From NCBI GenBank assembly GCA_963575745.1, contig CAUYUJ010000001.1:124001-188000 (forward strand): a stretch of DNA of 64,000 nucleotides, given 5' to 3'. A program made the position numbers and the translations under genes. Of the stretch, positions 25,819-35,112 are shown piece after piece. The notes under the pieces are model-generated. The model was given only the letters and a program-made list of their open reading frames with translations, did no database searches and had not been told where the DNA came from. Position 1 is the stretch's first letter, and the number at the start of each line of letters is the position of its first letter. This stretch comes from Prorocentrum cordatum. Taxonomy: Eukaryota.

Positions 25819-26667
25819 ATGTCAGCGTCTGTTTCCATGCGCACGGTGATCGAGGGCGGCGGGCTCAAGGAGCCGTGGATACCGCGGACTATTGTCCATA
25901 GCGGAGGTATTGCGTTCATCGAGGTATCCCTGATGGACAGGAGGCTCTTCCAGTTCGTCGACATCCAGAACCCAACAAACAGGAACGCCCCATTTGCCCA
26001 AAATCATTTCTTCAAAGAGTTGAAGGCCCTCCGAAACGCTGCATCGGACATTGCGATATGGGAGTACATGAAATCGCGAGACCCATTGCTGTCGGACCAG
26101 TCTGACCAAGACAAACTGATCAAGGCCTACAAGAAGAACATCGACGAGAGTGCTATGCCAGCATACGTTACGGTTCAGTTGCCAGAGGTTGAATTTAATG
26201 GTGGCGGCGTGGCCTTGAAGTGCGAGCCGATCGCAGTAAGATGCATATTTTCTGCATCAGCGATTAGCAAGGTACATGTGGAATGTACAGAGAGCGTACT
26301 GACTTACATCAGATGTGCTGCGCTGAAAGCAGCAGAGGACGATGGCACCGAGAAACAAAAGAGAGGACTGAGCGGAGTGCCAGGGGTCCGATGCGACAAG
26401 CGTCGCAGGGTAGTGTATGTCGTTGTGGAATCCCACAACTCGTCAAGGCGCATCTATCAAAAACCAGTGGAATGGAATGACACGTGTATTTTGCACTGCG
26501 CCCGCGAGCTACGCGACAAAGTGGTCGCGAAGGGCGAGGAGATAGGGGGTCACGAGCCCGATGCCGATCTTCTCCATGGGCTGAATTGTGCCGAGCATGC
26601 CGGGGGGGGGTGGACCCGAAGATCAACAGGGCGATGGCGAAGACGACAATGTCGATGCTGCGGGTGA
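25819..26667 (+). CDS. Transposon cargo ORF B (282 aa), unknown function, possible AP2-like motif near the C-terminus
   Basis: Complex ORF behind a relic SL. SGVPGVRCDKRRRVVYV resembles the start of AP2/integrase-type DNA-binding domains. The extreme C-terminus may be frameshifted at the G run near 26601-26610. Confidence 0.7.
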   Translation: MSASVSMRTVIEGGGLKEPWIPRTIVHSGGIAFIEVSLMDRRLFQFVDIQNPTNRNAPFAQNHFFKELKALRNAASDIAIWEYMKSRDPLLSDQSDQDKLIKAYKKNIDESAMPAYVTVQLPEVEFNGGGVALKCEPIAVRCIFSASAISKVHVECTESVLTYIRCAALKAAEDDGTEKQKRGLSGVPGVRCDKRRRVVYVVVESHNSSRRIYQKPVEWNDTCILHCARELRDKVVAKGEEIGGHEPDADLLHGLNCAEHAGGGWTRRSTGRWRRRQCRCCG

Positions 26668-27337
26668 TAGCGACGCCCAGGGCTGAGACGCCAGGCGCTG
26701 CGTCGGGCACGCACAGCGCGCCCACCCTTTCGACCTCCTATCTAGTCTCCCACCGTCGGCCCCGTCGTCCTTCCCACCCGCGGGGGGGGGGGAGGAGGGG
26801 GAGGGGGGGGGGCTCGTCGCCGTCGTTTTACACGCCCCCTCGTGCCACTCCTCGCCCGTTCGCATCCTAGATGCGCTCTTCAGGCAGACGTGCCGCCGCC
26901 ACCCCTCACCCCTGAATGTCCAACAAGGAGCCATCTGGGAACGACCTCTTATAGAGCGCCAACTCGTCCTGAGGGCCTGCACCTCCTGCTCCAGCCCCTC
27001 GACCTTCTGCGCTGCCTCCGTCTGCTGCTGTTGCTGTAGCGCTGCCTCCGTCTGCTGCCGCTGGTGCCGCTGCTCTGCGATCGTGCGCTGCTGCTCCCCC
27101 AACTCCGCGAGCAAGTGATCGTGCTGCTGACCGCGCAGCAAGAGATCGTCCTCCACATCGTCCACTCGTGCTAGCAACACTTGTGCAGCATTTACGTGCG
27201 TAAGCAAAGCCTTCTATCGGCAGGTGGAGGGGCGACGGCGGCGGCGACGACATCGACGACGACGAACTTAAGACGACGACGCCCGCCTCGCGAAGCTGCC
27301 GCATCGCGGCGAGTATGCCAGGGGCCTCTGGCGCCAT
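26623..27337 (-). CDS. Two-exon Gln-rich coiled-coil protein (cargo); 3' end uncertain
   Basis: Exon 1 at 27337-27211 (MAPEAPG...PIE) joins in frame across a 40-nt GC..AG intron (27210-27171) to ARVDDVEDDLLLRGQQHDHLLAELGEQQRTIAEQR...LEQEVQAL. Confidence 0.55.
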
Positions 27338-28359
27338 CGCAGCGCGGCTCTCGGACGACACCACGGGGGGATGTGCGGGGCCCGATCCGTCCTCGGGGGG
27401 GCTACGCGGGGCTCGCGTGTGAGCGCCAGCCGCTACGTACGAGCGCCCCGACCCCATCCCCATGAACCCTACACCCAACACGGCGATGCGGATGCTCCGC
27501 AGAGGCGACGTCGCGGGGTGGCAACGTCGCGGGGTGGGGGACTTGGGGGTGGCCGACTTGGGGGGGCCAGGAGCAAATGATTGGCATGGGGTTCGAATGG
27601 GAATGGGGTCGGGGGCACATTGTGCGTGATCTATGGGGGGCATGCAGTTTACTTCGCATACCATATATGCGAGCTCGTAGTTGGGCGTGCTGCTTATGGG
27701 GATACAGCCATCGCCATGGGTGTGAAAACCATCATCGTTGCACATGCGTTCAGCAACATTTGCTTGTGACGCAACTGTGCATGATTCTCATTATGGTGAC
27801 AATCGCATCTGCCACATCGTCGGCCGCACAATTGCCACTGTCATTACCACCGATACACACCGACTCGAACGTACATGTCATGTAAGAGACGTTAGCGTCA
27901 GCATCACAAATCACATTATGCGTATGCAAACTATTTCGCCACAGCCGTTGTGTTGTTATGTGCGCGCGACGCCGTGAGTTATTGATGTGGGTGTTGGACT
28001 AGCTTCGGTTAGGGCGAGATAATGTTTGGTATTTGTAATATCGTAGTTTGATGTCGAACGGCACAGTAGTGTAGAGCTTCGTAGGTTAAGGATTTCGGCT
28101 TTCGGGTGAGCACAGTACTGCAAGCTTTGTGTGGTCTGTATATGTGTAGAGTGCATCTAAGATGCACGAGGAACTATAAAGATCCGCGTCTCTCTCTCTC
28201 TCTCTCTCTCTCTTTCCGACGCCGTTGTGGCCCATGTGTTCAGCCACGCCCGCGGCGCGCGGGCCGTGGGTTCACGGCGCGGGGCCCGCGCCTCCACAGG
28301 GTGCTCGCCCCCCCCCGCCGCGCGGGGCCCCCGACGCCCGCCGCGGCCTCGCCCTGCAG

Positions 28360-29796
28360 ATGAGCGGCGGTGGCGACGACGCCACCGAGGTGGCAATGTT
28401 GCTCGCAGCGGCGAGCGAGATCCAGCAGCGACGGGAGAAGGTGGCGGAGGAGAAGCCGTCGCGGCTGCAGCCGACGTCCAAGAAGCGGCCGACCGCGCCG
28501 CGGACGGCTCCGCCAGAGCACGTCTTGGCGGCCGCCATGGCCTCCGCCGAGAAGAAGCGCAAGGCGATGTGCTGGTCGGCACAGGCTCGCGCGCAGACGT
28601 GGCGCGGCTCGGTGGCGGACTCGCTGCTCGAGAAGCTCAACCTCGCGCCGCCCATGCACCCGACGATGAACTCGATGAAGGACCTTCTCGAGTTCGAGGT
28701 CGACGAGCCCGAGGGCGGTGGCGACGACGCCGCGGGCGGCAGCGACGCGGTCGACGAGGGCGACGGCGACTACGAGGGCGCCATGGCGGATGAGTACGAA
28801 TGTGGCGACGCTGAGGGCGGTGGCTACGACGACAGCGCTGGCGAGAGCTACACCGCCGATGGCGACGCCGAGGGCTACGGCTACTACAGCAGTTGCCGTA
28901 AAAGCCGCCACTACTACGACTACGACGACAGCAGCGAGGGCGTTGGCGGCAAAGACAGCTACTACACCAAGGACGGCAACGACGGCCACACCAAGGACGG
29001 CTACTACGGCGGCCAAAACAAGGACGGCTACTACTACGGCCACAACAAGGACGGCTACTACGGCGGCCACACCAAGGGCGGCTACTACGGCAAGGACGGC
29101 TGGTGGGCCAAGGACGGCTACTACGGCCGTGAGAAGGGCGACGGCTACTATGGCCGCAAGGGCGACGGCTACTATGGCCACGAGAAGGGTGACGGCTACT
29201 ATGGCCACAAGGGCGACGGCTACTATGGCCACGAGAAGGGCGACGGCTACTATGGCCACGAGACGGGCGACGGCTACTACAGCCACGTGAAGGGCGACGA
29301 CTACTACGGCCACAAAGGCGACGGCTACAACGGCCAGGAGTGGCGTGGCCGCGACAAGGGCGACGGCTACTACGGCCACAAAGGCGACGGCTACAGCGGC
29401 CACGTGAAGGGCGACGGCTACAGCGGCCACGTGAAGGGCGACGGCTACTACAGCCACGAGAAGGGCGACGGCTACGACAGCCACGACAAGGGCGACGGCT
29501 ACTACGGCGGCCACAAGAAGGACGGCTACGGCGGCCACAAGAAGGACGGCTACGGCGGCCACGTGAAGGGCGACGGCAAGGACGGGGGCGGGGGCGACGG
29601 CCCCCGCCCCCGCGGGGGCAAGCACATCCGCCTCGCCAAAGCACTGGCCGTGCGGGAGCACCTGCAGGGCTTGCACGACCTGTCCGAGCAGGACCAGAAG
29701 TACGCGGCCTGGAGCCGCCGCACGCAGCCGCAGGTGTGGCTGAAGGCGGTCGCCGACTACGCTGCGGCGACCGCAGCGGGCTCAAGCTCCGTGTGA
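28360..29796 (+). CDS. Cargo ORF C (478 aa): acidic and Gly/Tyr/His/Asp tandem-repeat protein
   Basis: The frame stays open through ~20 variable-length KGDGYYGH(E/V) or KDGYYG units, with non-repetitive N- and C-termini. A weak relic SL (16/22) lies at 28215-28236. Confidence 0.7.
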   Translation: MSGGGDDATEVAMLLAAASEIQQRREKVAEEKPSRLQPTSKKRPTAPRTAPPEHVLAAAMASAEKKRKAMCWSAQARAQTWRGSVADSLLEKLNLAPPMHPTMNSMKDLLEFEVDEPEGGGDDAAGGSDAVDEGDGDYEGAMADEYECGDAEGGGYDDSAGESYTADGDAEGYGYYSSCRKSRHYYDYDDSSEGVGGKDSYYTKDGNDGHTKDGYYGGQNKDGYYYGHNKDGYYGGHTKGGYYGKDGWWAKDGYYGREKGDGYYGRKGDGYYGHEKGDGYYGHKGDGYYGHEKGDGYYGHETGDGYYSHVKGDDYYGHKGDGYNGQEWRGRDKGDGYYGHKGDGYSGHVKGDGYSGHVKGDGYYSHEKGDGYDSHDKGDGYYGGHKKDGYGGHKKDGYGGHVKGDGKDGGGGDGPRPRGGKHIRLAKALAVREHLQGLHDLSEQDQKYAAWSRRTQPQVWLKAVADYAAATAAGSSSV

Positions 29797-29820
29797 TCAC
29801 GGGGCACACGTCGGCGACCA

Positions 29821-29867
<47 letters not shown>

Positions 29868-30015
29868 GCGTTGTCGTCGTCGTCGTCGTCGCGTGGTCGG
29901 CGAGGTGTGCCCCGTCGGAAGGGGTTGAGGCTCCCACGGCGGCGACTCAGCACAGGAGTTGCCGCCGAAGCTGCGGGGGTGCACAGCAGCTGAGGGCTGC
30001 CACGAATACGGATTA

Positions 30016-30308
30016 AGAATCGTCGCAGAGGGTACCGCTGTCAAACGACACGGGTGTCGTCTTTGAGAATCTCAAAGACGACGTGCCGTCTTTGAGAATC
30101 TCAAAGACGACACGCGTGTCGTCTTTGAGAATCTCAAAGACGACAACATCTCTATTAGATTTAATATTACCAACGTGTCGTCTTTGAGAATCTCAAAGAC
30201 GACACGCGCGTCGTCTTTGAGAATCTCAAAGACGACAACGTGTCGTCTTTGAGAATCTCAAAGACGACGCGCGTGTCGTCTGACAGTGGTACCCTCTGCG
30301 ACGCTTCT
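30016..30308. promoter_or_regulatory. Central dyad array: six 27-bp palindromes around an AT-rich core, framed by 37-bp inverted arms
   Basis: GTCGTCTTTGAGA-A-TCTCAAAGACGAC at 30056, 30085 (1 mismatch), 30118, 30177, 30210 and 30242. AT-rich core at 30145-30176. Outer arms 30016-30052 and 30272-30308 match at 34/37. The structure is certain; the function is inferred. Confidence 0.85.
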
Positions 30309-30600
30309 CGGTCCACCTTCAGAGGTGTTCATCGCATCGGTCGTGAGGCCTTTGGACGATCGCTGAGCGACGCGTCGCTCCCGCTCAGCGTGATCGCTCC
30401 GCTTCTCTGAGCACTTTTCGGAGGCTCACGATCGACGGCGAAACGATCGACCTCCCCCCTCCTCCCTCTCATCCCTTCCTCCTCCTATTCCTCCTCCTCC
30501 TCCTCATCCTTTGCCTCCCCCTCCCCCTCCTCCTCCTCCTGCTTCCTCCTCATCCGCCTCCGCCTCCTCCAGTTCCATCCTCCTCCTCGTCCCCCTCAGC

Positions 30601-30760
30601 ATCCTGAGGTGTCCTGAGGTGTCCTGAGGTGTCCCGAGGTGTCCTGAGGTCTCCTGGGGTTGTCAGCTCAGAGATGCCCTGAGGTGTCCTGAGGCGCCCT
30701 GGTGTTGTCATCTCAGAGGTGTCCTGAGGTGTCCTGAGGTATCCTGAGGTGTCCTGAGGC
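30601..30760. repeat. 10-bp tandem repeat GTCCTGAGGT
   Basis: About 11 copies in two or three blocks. Confidence 0.9.
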
Positions 30761-30805
30761 GTTGCATTCGCCGTCGTCGTCGTCGGCGTCCGCCGTCGTC
30801 GTCGC

Positions 30806-30837
<32 letters not shown>

Positions 30838-30924
30838 TCCCGCATCGTCGTCGTCGCCGCCGCAGTCGTCGTCGTCGTCCGCCGCCTTCGTCGCCGCCGA
30901 CGTCGTCGCCGTCGCCGTTGTCGC

Positions 30925-30955
<31 letters not shown>

Positions 30956-31158
30956 GTCCTGCATCGTGGTCGTCGCCGCCGCAGTCGTCGTCGTCGTCCG
31001 CCGCCTTCGTCGCCGCCGACGTCGTCGCCGTCGCCGCCGTCGCCGCCGCCGCCGTCGCCGCCGTCGTCGTCGCCGTCGCCGCCGCCGCCGCCGCCGTCGC
31101 CGTCGCCGCCGTCGCCGTCGCCGCCGTTGCCCTTATCATCCGCATCGGCTGCGCCGTC

Positions 31159-31449
31159 TCACCGCCGCCCATCATCCCCGCAATCGCGACCCTCATGGTC
31201 CTCGCGAAGGTTCGCGACGCGGCCCTGGCCCTCGCGAATGTTCGCGATCGTGGCGACCTGGCTCGCGATAGTGGCGGCCTGGCTCTCGATCGTGGCCTTC
31301 TGAGCTTCGATCGTGGCGCCGATGCTCTGAATCTGCTCATGCCATTTGATGTAGTCATCGCGCTGCTTCAGGGCGCGATCAACCACGGAGACGATCACAC
31401 GGCGATGATCATCAGCCGACTCGAGCTGCTGGTTCATATCAGCAACCAT
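31159..31449 (-). CDS. Small heptad-repeat coiled-coil protein (cargo), possibly one exon of a longer gene
   Basis: MVADMNQQLES...IGATIEAQKATIESQAATIASQVATIANIRE shows clear 7-residue periodicity. Confidence 0.5.
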   Translation of the reverse strand: MVADMNQQLESADDHRRVIVSVVDRALKQRDDYIKWHEQIQSIGATIEAQKATIESQAATIASQVATIANIREGQGRVANLREDHEGRDCGDDGRR

Positions 31450-31760
31450 GCGGTCCGCCGTATCCTCGACGCGGCCGCTCCGCCACGATCCACCACCAGC
31501 ATAAGCCGATGACGAGCCGTCACCAATTGACGCCAATTCGGGCGGGGAGGTCGACGGTGGGTGGGCTGGGCTGATAACCGTTCTGCGCCAACATATACGG
31601 AGGATGGCGGGGAGGATGAGGACGAGGATACCAATGATGACGAGGACGGGGGCGGTGGAGATCACGCTGCTCAGACAGCGATCGCACACCGTCGACGGAT
31701 GCGATCATCGTCGCAGCGTTCTGGCACAGATCGCGCCCGTCTCTCTTCTCTATAGCCACA

Positions 31761-32358
31761 ATGCCGCGCATGCATGAAGATATCAAAGCACTCCGGGCCC
31801 TGCATCGCAATGAGGATATACTGTTCAGGAACCAGCAGCTTGACACCGCCATCAAGCACAAGGCCAACAGCCTCAAGCAGGCGAAGCAGATGGACCGCAA
31901 GGCGACCTTGTCGCCGTGCCGCGCGCTGTCGGGACACGCTTGCATATGCATGCAGATATGATATTGTTGTTTGGTGCGGTGTATGTACACTAGAAGAGCG
32001 GCGTGATATGATAGTTCTGGGCTAGGTTGTGGGGTGTGTCTGATGTTGTCGGCGTGATCCCGCCTGGTTGTGCGTCTCACGGCGGGCGCGGTGACGCCTA
32101 TCGCCACACCTATTCCCCCCCCCCCCCCTCCCCCCCACCATCCGACATGCCCCGCCCGTTCGGTGTGAGGTGATGCAGTGCTTCAAGGCGTACGAGAAGG
32201 CCAAGAAAAAGGCCGAGGACGCCGAGTACGCTTGGCTGCAAGCGTGTGAGCACGCCGTGGACTTGCATGGGCAGCACGATCGGGCAAGGAAGCTGGTAAT
32301 CGACACAGGGGGCTTGTACAGAGCACGGGGGCGCAAGGCCTTAGGCTTCGGCGCGTGA
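31761..32358 (+). CDS. Small helical protein, paralog 1 (2 exons: 31761-31901, 32170-32358; ~109 aa)
   Basis: Pyrimidine tract plus TAG before the ATG. Phase-0 AAG|GC...GAG|GTG intron. Exon 2 aligns with the neighbouring paralog. Confidence 0.6.
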
Positions 32359-32604
32359 GTGCGTGGATACGCAATTAGGTCCGAGTGTGTAAACACCGTT
32401 TCCCAAGAGTTGTGCCTGTCGCGGGGAGGGCGGGCGCTTCGCGCCATGCGCTAAGAAAACAATGCCTGGATCGAGCTCGTCGGGGCAGCGTTGCAACCAT
32501 TGCAAATCTGGGGTCAATTGTTAGGGGGGAGTGGGGGATGTGTGGCTTATCGGCTCAGTTGCAATAGGTTTTGCACAAGTTATCGTTTCAGTTGTGGAGG
32601 GGCA

Positions 32605-33046
32605 ATGGGCAAGTCCCGCAAGACGATCGCGATGGATGCCCAGGCTCGCCAGGACTGGAAGGAGGACAAACATGTCAGGCTGACCAACGCTAACATCACC
32701 AAGGTAGCATGCAAGGCCGAGTTCTTGTGTGCATCGAAGAAGGTGGCCTCGTGTGTGAAAACACGTAACACTCATTGCAATGACATTAGCCGCCGCACTA
32801 GAAATTGCAATTGCATTTGAATTTGGTGGCATTGAATGCCTGTGCCCTGTATATGTGTGTTTTGTTTTAGCGCACGATTCCCAGGTTCTCGAGAAGTTCA
32901 AGAAGTTCGAGGCCGCCAAGAAGAAGATGGAGGAGGCCAAGAGCGAGTGGATGGAGTCGATCGGTGATCGCATCGATGCCCACGCTGAGTGGGAGAACGC
33001 GTGCGAGCAGCACGCGAGCATCAAATCAGAGCGCATGCCGCGCTGA
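32605..33046 (+). CDS. Small helical protein, paralog 2 (2 exons: 32605-32742, 32885-33046; ~99 aa)
   Basis: Phase-0 AAG|GT...CAG|GTT intron at the same position as in paralog 1. Confidence 0.62.
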
Positions 33047-33362
33047 TGGGGCCGTGCCGGGCGAGGCTTCGCAAGTGCGATGATGTGTTCAGATTCGCAA
33101 TGGTCCACGTCAAATGATCAGTGGTCACGCCAATCATGCCTTACATCTGATTAGCATGCCGAGCAAGGGGGTGGACCCATCCAAGTCAGTGTTTGTCAAG
33201 CTGCGCCCAGCCGCGGCGACGACGATGGCTGACCCCCCCCCCGCCCCCCGAGAGGACTACCACCCCCCCGAGAGGACTACCAACCCTCGCGCTGTTGGTT
33301 TGTTCGACACCCCTGTTGACCTTTGCCTCATCGCCAAGCGTGCACGCGTCATCGTCGTGGGC

Positions 33363-33384
33363 TCCGTAACCAGTTTGGCTCAAA
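33363..33384 (+). other. Relic spliced leader upstream of ORF D
   Basis: TCCGTAACCAGTTTGGCTCAAA, 19/22 to DinoSL, ~44 nt before the ATG at 33428. Confidence 0.8.
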
Positions 33385-33427
33385 CAGTTTTGCGAACTTA
33401 CATATCGCTTTCTGCTGCGTAGCAGCA

Positions 33428-34891
33428 ATGACGTCGATGCGTGATGTGCTGGCCGAACTCAATCATATGATTGATTGGCATCATACCCAAGTCGGCTGCG
33501 GACTCGGCGCAAAGACATGCGCCGACAACCAGATGCAGTCGCTGTTGTCGAGAGTGCGATCCTTCGGAACGATCAGCACTGACGACGCCACGCTCTTGGT
33601 GGGCACAATTCGGGACAATGCGCTCCCAGACTGGTCCCCTGATCAGATTGCAGAAATCTGCACGGCGGTAGGGCAGAAGACGGGTGTGCTGACCAGCACC
33701 GCAGATAAGAAGTGGCAGAAGGTAACTGCATTCTCGCGCTTCCTTTCGGCGTCTGAGGCGACCAAGTTAAAGAGCGGCGACATGTCGCAGAAGGCGATGA
33801 TCGCCATGGTGTGCAAGAGGGCCCATGCGATCGGCATGTACACTCTGTCCGAGGGGAGCAAGGGTCAACTCGCAGCGGTGGTATCGTCCCAACTCACTGG
33901 CGTTACCAACGACATGTGGTACGACATCCTGGTGCAGGTCAAGCTGAAGCTGGCTACCATGAAGGCACGAGACTGGAAACACAGAACTATATGGGAATAC
34001 GATTCTCCAGACTCCCTCGAGAGCGAATCGTGGTACTATACCGCGTACCCCGAGGGGGGCCCGCCACGCGGGCAGGACTGGTACATCGACGAGCCCGACT
34101 TCGTGCGACTGAGCAGTCGCTTGATGAAGGGCGGCAAGCAAGCGGCCAAGCAAGTGCGGGACGACCGCCCCGCCCCGCCGCCGCCGACCGCCCCGCCTCC
34201 CGCCATTTGCGACTTCGGCGCCTACCAATCCATGTACGGGACGATGAACGCGTACCATATGTACGCTCATCCAGGAATGGTGCCTCCGCCAGGGATGGTG
34301 CCTGGCCAATCGTCACACTCTTGGTCGCCTCCGCCAGGGATGATGCCGAAGCCCAAAGCGCCACCGCAAGATGCGCCCTCACCACAGGAGGCGCCCCCGC
34401 CTGCGGCCCCACCAGCCGCGGGAGGAATGCCCGCCCCGCTCGGCGACTTATCTGATGAGGAGGCAGCGCTTCGCAAGACAATGCGCAAGCGTAAGGAGGC
34501 CGTGGCCCTGAGTAAACGTCCAGCAGCTGCTGGGGGCGATGCCGATGGCGTCGAGGGCGCCGACGACGATGGCGACGAACTCGCCGACGAGGAGGGGGGC
34601 CCGCCGAAGAAGGTCATGAAGGGCGCCCCGCCGAAGAAGGCCATGAAGGTGGTCATGCGGAGGCCCTCGGCGAAGCCGAGGCCCACGGCGAAGCCGAAGC
34701 CGCTGCCCAAGGCCCCGCTGACGGGGGCCCCGAAGATCGAGTACCGCGCGGGGTATATACTCACGCAGCCAGACAAGTCCCAGTACAGGGCTGTCCTGGG
34801 GCGGTCCGACAGGCGCATCCGCTGGGACACGGGCAGCACGCGCCAGGAGGCTTTCACCAAGGCGATGAAGTTCATAGACGAGCGCTCGTAG
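33428..34891 (+). CDS. Cargo/accessory ORF D (487 aa): globular N-terminus, Pro-rich linker, Lys/Pro-rich tract, possible AP2-like C-terminal DNA-binding domain
   Basis: Intact ORF directly upstream of the transposase. KRPAA and KKVMK/KKAMK motifs; C-terminal YRAGYILTQPDKSQYRAVLGRSDRRIRW..TRQEAFTKAMKFID (three strands plus a helix). Confidence 0.78.
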   Translation: MTSMRDVLAELNHMIDWHHTQVGCGLGAKTCADNQMQSLLSRVRSFGTISTDDATLLVGTIRDNALPDWSPDQIAEICTAVGQKTGVLTSTADKKWQKVTAFSRFLSASEATKLKSGDMSQKAMIAMVCKRAHAIGMYTLSEGSKGQLAAVVSSQLTGVTNDMWYDILVQVKLKLATMKARDWKHRTIWEYDSPDSLESESWYYTAYPEGGPPRGQDWYIDEPDFVRLSSRLMKGGKQAAKQVRDDRPAPPPPTAPPPAICDFGAYQSMYGTMNAYHMYAHPGMVPPPGMVPGQSSHSWSPPPGMMPKPKAPPQDAPSPQEAPPPAAPPAAGGMPAPLGDLSDEEAALRKTMRKRKEAVALSKRPAAAGGDADGVEGADDDGDELADEEGGPPKKVMKGAPPKKAMKVVMRRPSAKPRPTAKPKPLPKAPLTGAPKIEYRAGYILTQPDKSQYRAVLGRSDRRIRWDTGSTRQEAFTKAMKFIDERS

Positions 34892-35089
34892 CCGCTTGTC
34901 TGCTCTGCTCATCGCCGATCGCGACTTCTCGCGATTTGTTTCGCTGTGCTATAACGCTTGTGTGCATTGTTCATGCATGCCTGCATGGTGCAATGTAAAA
35001 TGCAAGTCGTTGTTCCATCGTATGCGAGGGGCACCCGTCGCACAATCCTCTGTTGCGATTGCAGATATCGCATTCATGCTACCATCACT

Positions 35090-35110
35090 CAGTAGCAGTT
35101 TTGGCTCAAG
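35090..35110 (+). other. Relic spliced leader upstream of the transposase
   Basis: CAGTAGCAGTTTTGGCTCAAG, 18/21 to DinoSL, ending 2 nt before the ATG at 35113. Confidence 0.82.
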
Positions 35111-35112
35111 CC

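Noticed and set aside
28240..29953. Long antisense ORFs over ORF C
   Set aside because: They are shadows of the GC-rich repetitive sense frame.
30056..30268. CRISPR-like array of palindromic repeats
   Set aside because: The spacers are only 2-6 bp apart from one 32-bp core, are not unique, and there are no cas genes. The context is eukaryotic.
31582..31601. Minus-strand relic SL upstream of the 31449 coiled-coil ORF (TCCGTATATGTTGGCGCAGA)
   Set aside because: It needs a 2-nt gap plus several mismatches and is not distinguishable from chance.
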